Source: Chiloscyllium plagiosum (Eukaryota). Taken from it: DNA of 64,000 nucleotides. The stretch covers positions 14,394,588 to 14,458,587 of the forward strand of contig NC_057718.1 in assembly GCF_004010195.1 (NCBI RefSeq), given 5' to 3'. The notes under the pieces were generated by a model. It did no database searches and was not told the DNA's origin. It was given only the letters and a program-made list of their open reading frames with translations. A program made the position numbers and the translations under genes. Below are positions 61,188 through 64,000 of the stretch, piece by piece; position 1 is the stretch's first letter; every line of letters starts with the position of its first letter.

Positions 61188-61979
61188 AGTTGTGTTCAGA
61201 TTCCTACTGTGGGGTCTCTGGTGCAGAGTCGAGTTGTGAACTGATTTGATTTTATCACAAGGACAAGCTCCGAGAACGAGGCAAGTAGCAACAATGACTA
61301 GAACTGACTGAAATATATAATGACTTTGCTGCTTGTGTATTCCTGGATCCCTGAATACTTAATCGAATCACAAGTGCATATGCAGCCAATTCTATTCAAC
61401 GTATTTCAATAACAGCTGGTGTGGGTCTAATTCTGCTGGCTATTCATGGTATTGGGAAGATTTTTGTTTCCATGGTAACCAATGCAGATTTTGTTCTCTC
61501 TCTGAAAGAATTTCAAGGTTGCACCATTTACAGAGCTGCCCAGTATCTGTGTCTCTTCAGTTCGGGCCTCTTGTTGTCATCTGCTCTTTTCCCCATGTCA
61601 TGTTCGCGATTCCCTGTGAAAGAAAGAAATGTGAACATTCATTTCTATAGCATCCTTCACAACCTCAGGATGTCGCATAGCACCTTACAGACAATGAATC
61701 ACTTTTGAAATGTTGTTATGTAGGAAACGCAGCGGCTAGTTCTTGCACAGAATCACAGAACAGTGAAAGTTCAGGAGGCTGTTCAGCCTATTGTGTCTGT
61801 ACTAGCTCTTCAAATCAACATCATTACCTGGTGCTAATCTCCTCCTTCCCACCCACATCTTTGCTCACTATTTCTATCCAAATATCGTCCAATACCACTC
61901 TTGAATGCCTCAGTTGAACCTACCTCCAGCACATTTCCAGGCATGTATTCCAGACTCAAACTACTTGCTGAGTGAAAAA

Positions 61980-62550
61980 CATTTGATCTGATTTTGATTT
62001 GATTTATTATTGTTGCATGTATCAAGATACAGCGAAAAATGTTGTATTGAGCACCATCCAGGCAAATCATACTTTACATAAGTACATCGGGTTAATAGAA
62101 CAGAATGCAGAATGTAGTGTTACAGATACAGAGAAGGTGCAGAGAAAGATCAACTCTAGCATATGCGAGGTCTGTTCATAAGACTGATAACAACGGGAAA
62201 GAAGCTGTTATTGAATCTGTTGGTCTGTGTTTTCAAATGTTTGTATCTTCCGCCCAATGGAAGACGGTGGAAGAGAGAATAACCGGGCTGGGAGGGGTCT
62301 TTAATTATGTTGGTTGCTTTCCCAAGGCAGCCAGAAGTGTAGACAGAATGAATGGAAGGAAGGCTGGTTTTTGTGATGGACAGGGCTGTGTTCACAACGC
62401 TCTGTCATTTCTAGTGGTCTGGGGCAGAGCAATTGCCATGCCACGCTGTGGTGGGCCCGGATAGGATGCTTTCTATGGCACATCTACAAAAATTGGGAAG
62501 AGTCTTTATGGAAATGCTGAATATTTCTGAGGAAGTAGAGGTATTGCTGT
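61980..62550 (-). mobile_element. Rex1/Babar-like LINE 3' fragment
   Basis: Encodes IIKDPSQPGYSLFHRLPLGGRY..TNRFNNSFFP on the minus strand, with a (tttga)n tail. Confidence 0.8.
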
Positions 62551-63285
62551 GTTTCGCTGCCTTTGCATGTCACTTTAAACCAGTGTCCTCCTGGTTCTTG
62601 TTCCCTCTATAACTGGGAACATGCTCTCCCTATCCAGCCTCCTCCTCATTTTGGAAAGCTCTACCAGATCTCTAGTGAGAATAGTCCTAACTTCTTCAAG
62701 CACCCTCCCAGAGACAGCAATATGATAACAGCCTGATAATTGTGTTGTACTGATTGTAGCTGAATGTTAAATATTGGGCAGTACTCTGCTGCTGTCCTTT
62801 CGAATATTGCCGTGGATTCTTTGCCCAGGTAGGGCAGTCTGGAGAGTAAATGAAATCTCTGGATTGGACATGTCCCCATAACCTTCAAAGGTAACAATAG
62901 GCTTATACCAAGAAGCATCTTACAGGGGTCAGTCCCCCCCATGGGGCGAAGGTCAGAGAACCCTCAGCATTGACCTGATTCTCTGCAGCTCTGCAGCTCT
63001 ACAGAAAGGGTCACAGAACAGTTACAAATCATGTCCTTGTCCATTCAGCTGAGCAGTGTAAAAGGTGCGAGGTACATTCACGAGGCATAATTATACGGGG
63101 GTGGCAGAAGTAAATTCAAACGAGTTGTTTGAAAATTAATTGTAAATGAAATGGATCAGGTTGTTATAACAAGAAGACAACCTTGCTGCAGGGACTGTAA
63201 ATTGCATGGATTTACAGCCAGCTAACATTTCCGGCTAAAGCATCAGGTCCATTCCCTCTTTTCCCTCGCCCAATGATTCTGTGTG

Positions 63286-63331
63286 TGCCTTTATTATGAG
63301 CTAAAGCTGACTTTAGCTCATAATAAAGGCA
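63286..63331. other. Perfect 21-bp inverted repeat with a 4-nt loop
   Basis: TGCCTTTATTATGAGCTAAAG-ctga-CTTTAGCTCATAATAAAGGCA. Confidence 0.95.
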
Positions 63332-63677
63332 AATTTAAAGGAAATTCTTTACTCAACAAAACCTCTTTATTGTTTTCCTGCTATAAAATGGGTTAAAAAT
63401 GTGTTTCTGTCATTGCTGAATGTCTCAACACATTTTTGATACACTCAGTGCTGAATCAATGATTGGAGAGATGCCCAGGGGAAAGGGGGCCAGGTCATTC
63501 TGTTCCAACACACATTCAGATCAATTTCTGAATTTCATAAGTTCATTGAGGATCTGTTTATTTTGGAATGTTTTTATCAGGCTGCGATTGTCCCCAGAAC
63601 GAGTGAGCTTCACCTACAGCTTCCAAAGTCAACAAAAGCAAGGCACAGTGCTCCCGCAGACAGTCTGCAAGGAAGAG

Positions 63678-63850
63678 GAAACTAAAGCACAAATTGTTGG
63701 AGAAACTCAGCAGGTCTGGCAGTATCTGTGGAGAGAAAACAAAGCTAACATTTTGAGTCCTGTGTGCCACCCCTTCAGAGCTGACCCTGTCAGACCTGCT
63801 TCAACATTCTCGGTGCTTGTTTCGTATTTCCAGCACCCACAGTTTGGTCT
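63678..63850. mobile_element. Old degenerate fold-back Penelope-like pLTR
   Basis: aaactcagcaggtctggcag followed by cagacctgct..tttccagca, related to 48700-48885. Confidence 0.55.
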
Positions 63851-64000
63851 TCTTTAAGAAAGGAAGACGAAGTGGTGAGTGAGAACATTTACTTGCAATG
63901 CAGTTCAGCGCAGTGCGTGAAAACTATGTAATACTTGACTTCAGGAACTTAAAGCAACTATTGGTGAATTAAGTGAGTGCAGTGCCAGAGAAGCATAATC

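Noticed and set aside
55800..64000. Terminal exon of SMYD3, the downstream neighbour of KIF26B in human
   Set aside because: I found no convincing SMYD3-like peptide on the minus strand by eye. TBLASTN is needed to exclude it.

Overview
This is eukaryotic DNA, very probably from a shark or other elasmobranch, judged from HE1-type SINEs and HER1/CR1-type LINEs. The + strand carries the last five coding exons of the kinesin-11 gene KIF26B (4676-4838, 10660-14083, 40965-41161, 43952-44108, 49081-49229). All four introns are GT-AG with matching phases, and a ~3 kb, almost repeat-free putative 3'UTR ends near AATAAA at 52231. Introns and the downstream flank are packed with CR1-like and Rex/Babar-like LINE fragments, tRNA-derived and Deu-domain SINEs, one deleted hAT transposon, minisatellites and two ~400-N gaps. 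The most striking unexplained structure is a set of about 15 short Penelope-like terminal-repeat insertions from several subfamilies. Most carry an intact or decayed minimal hammerhead-ribozyme motif (CTGANGA-stem II-GAAACGTC/T), most have 9-17 bp target duplications, and many fold back on themselves at the ribozyme. Family names come from recognition by eye, and repeat boundaries are approximate.
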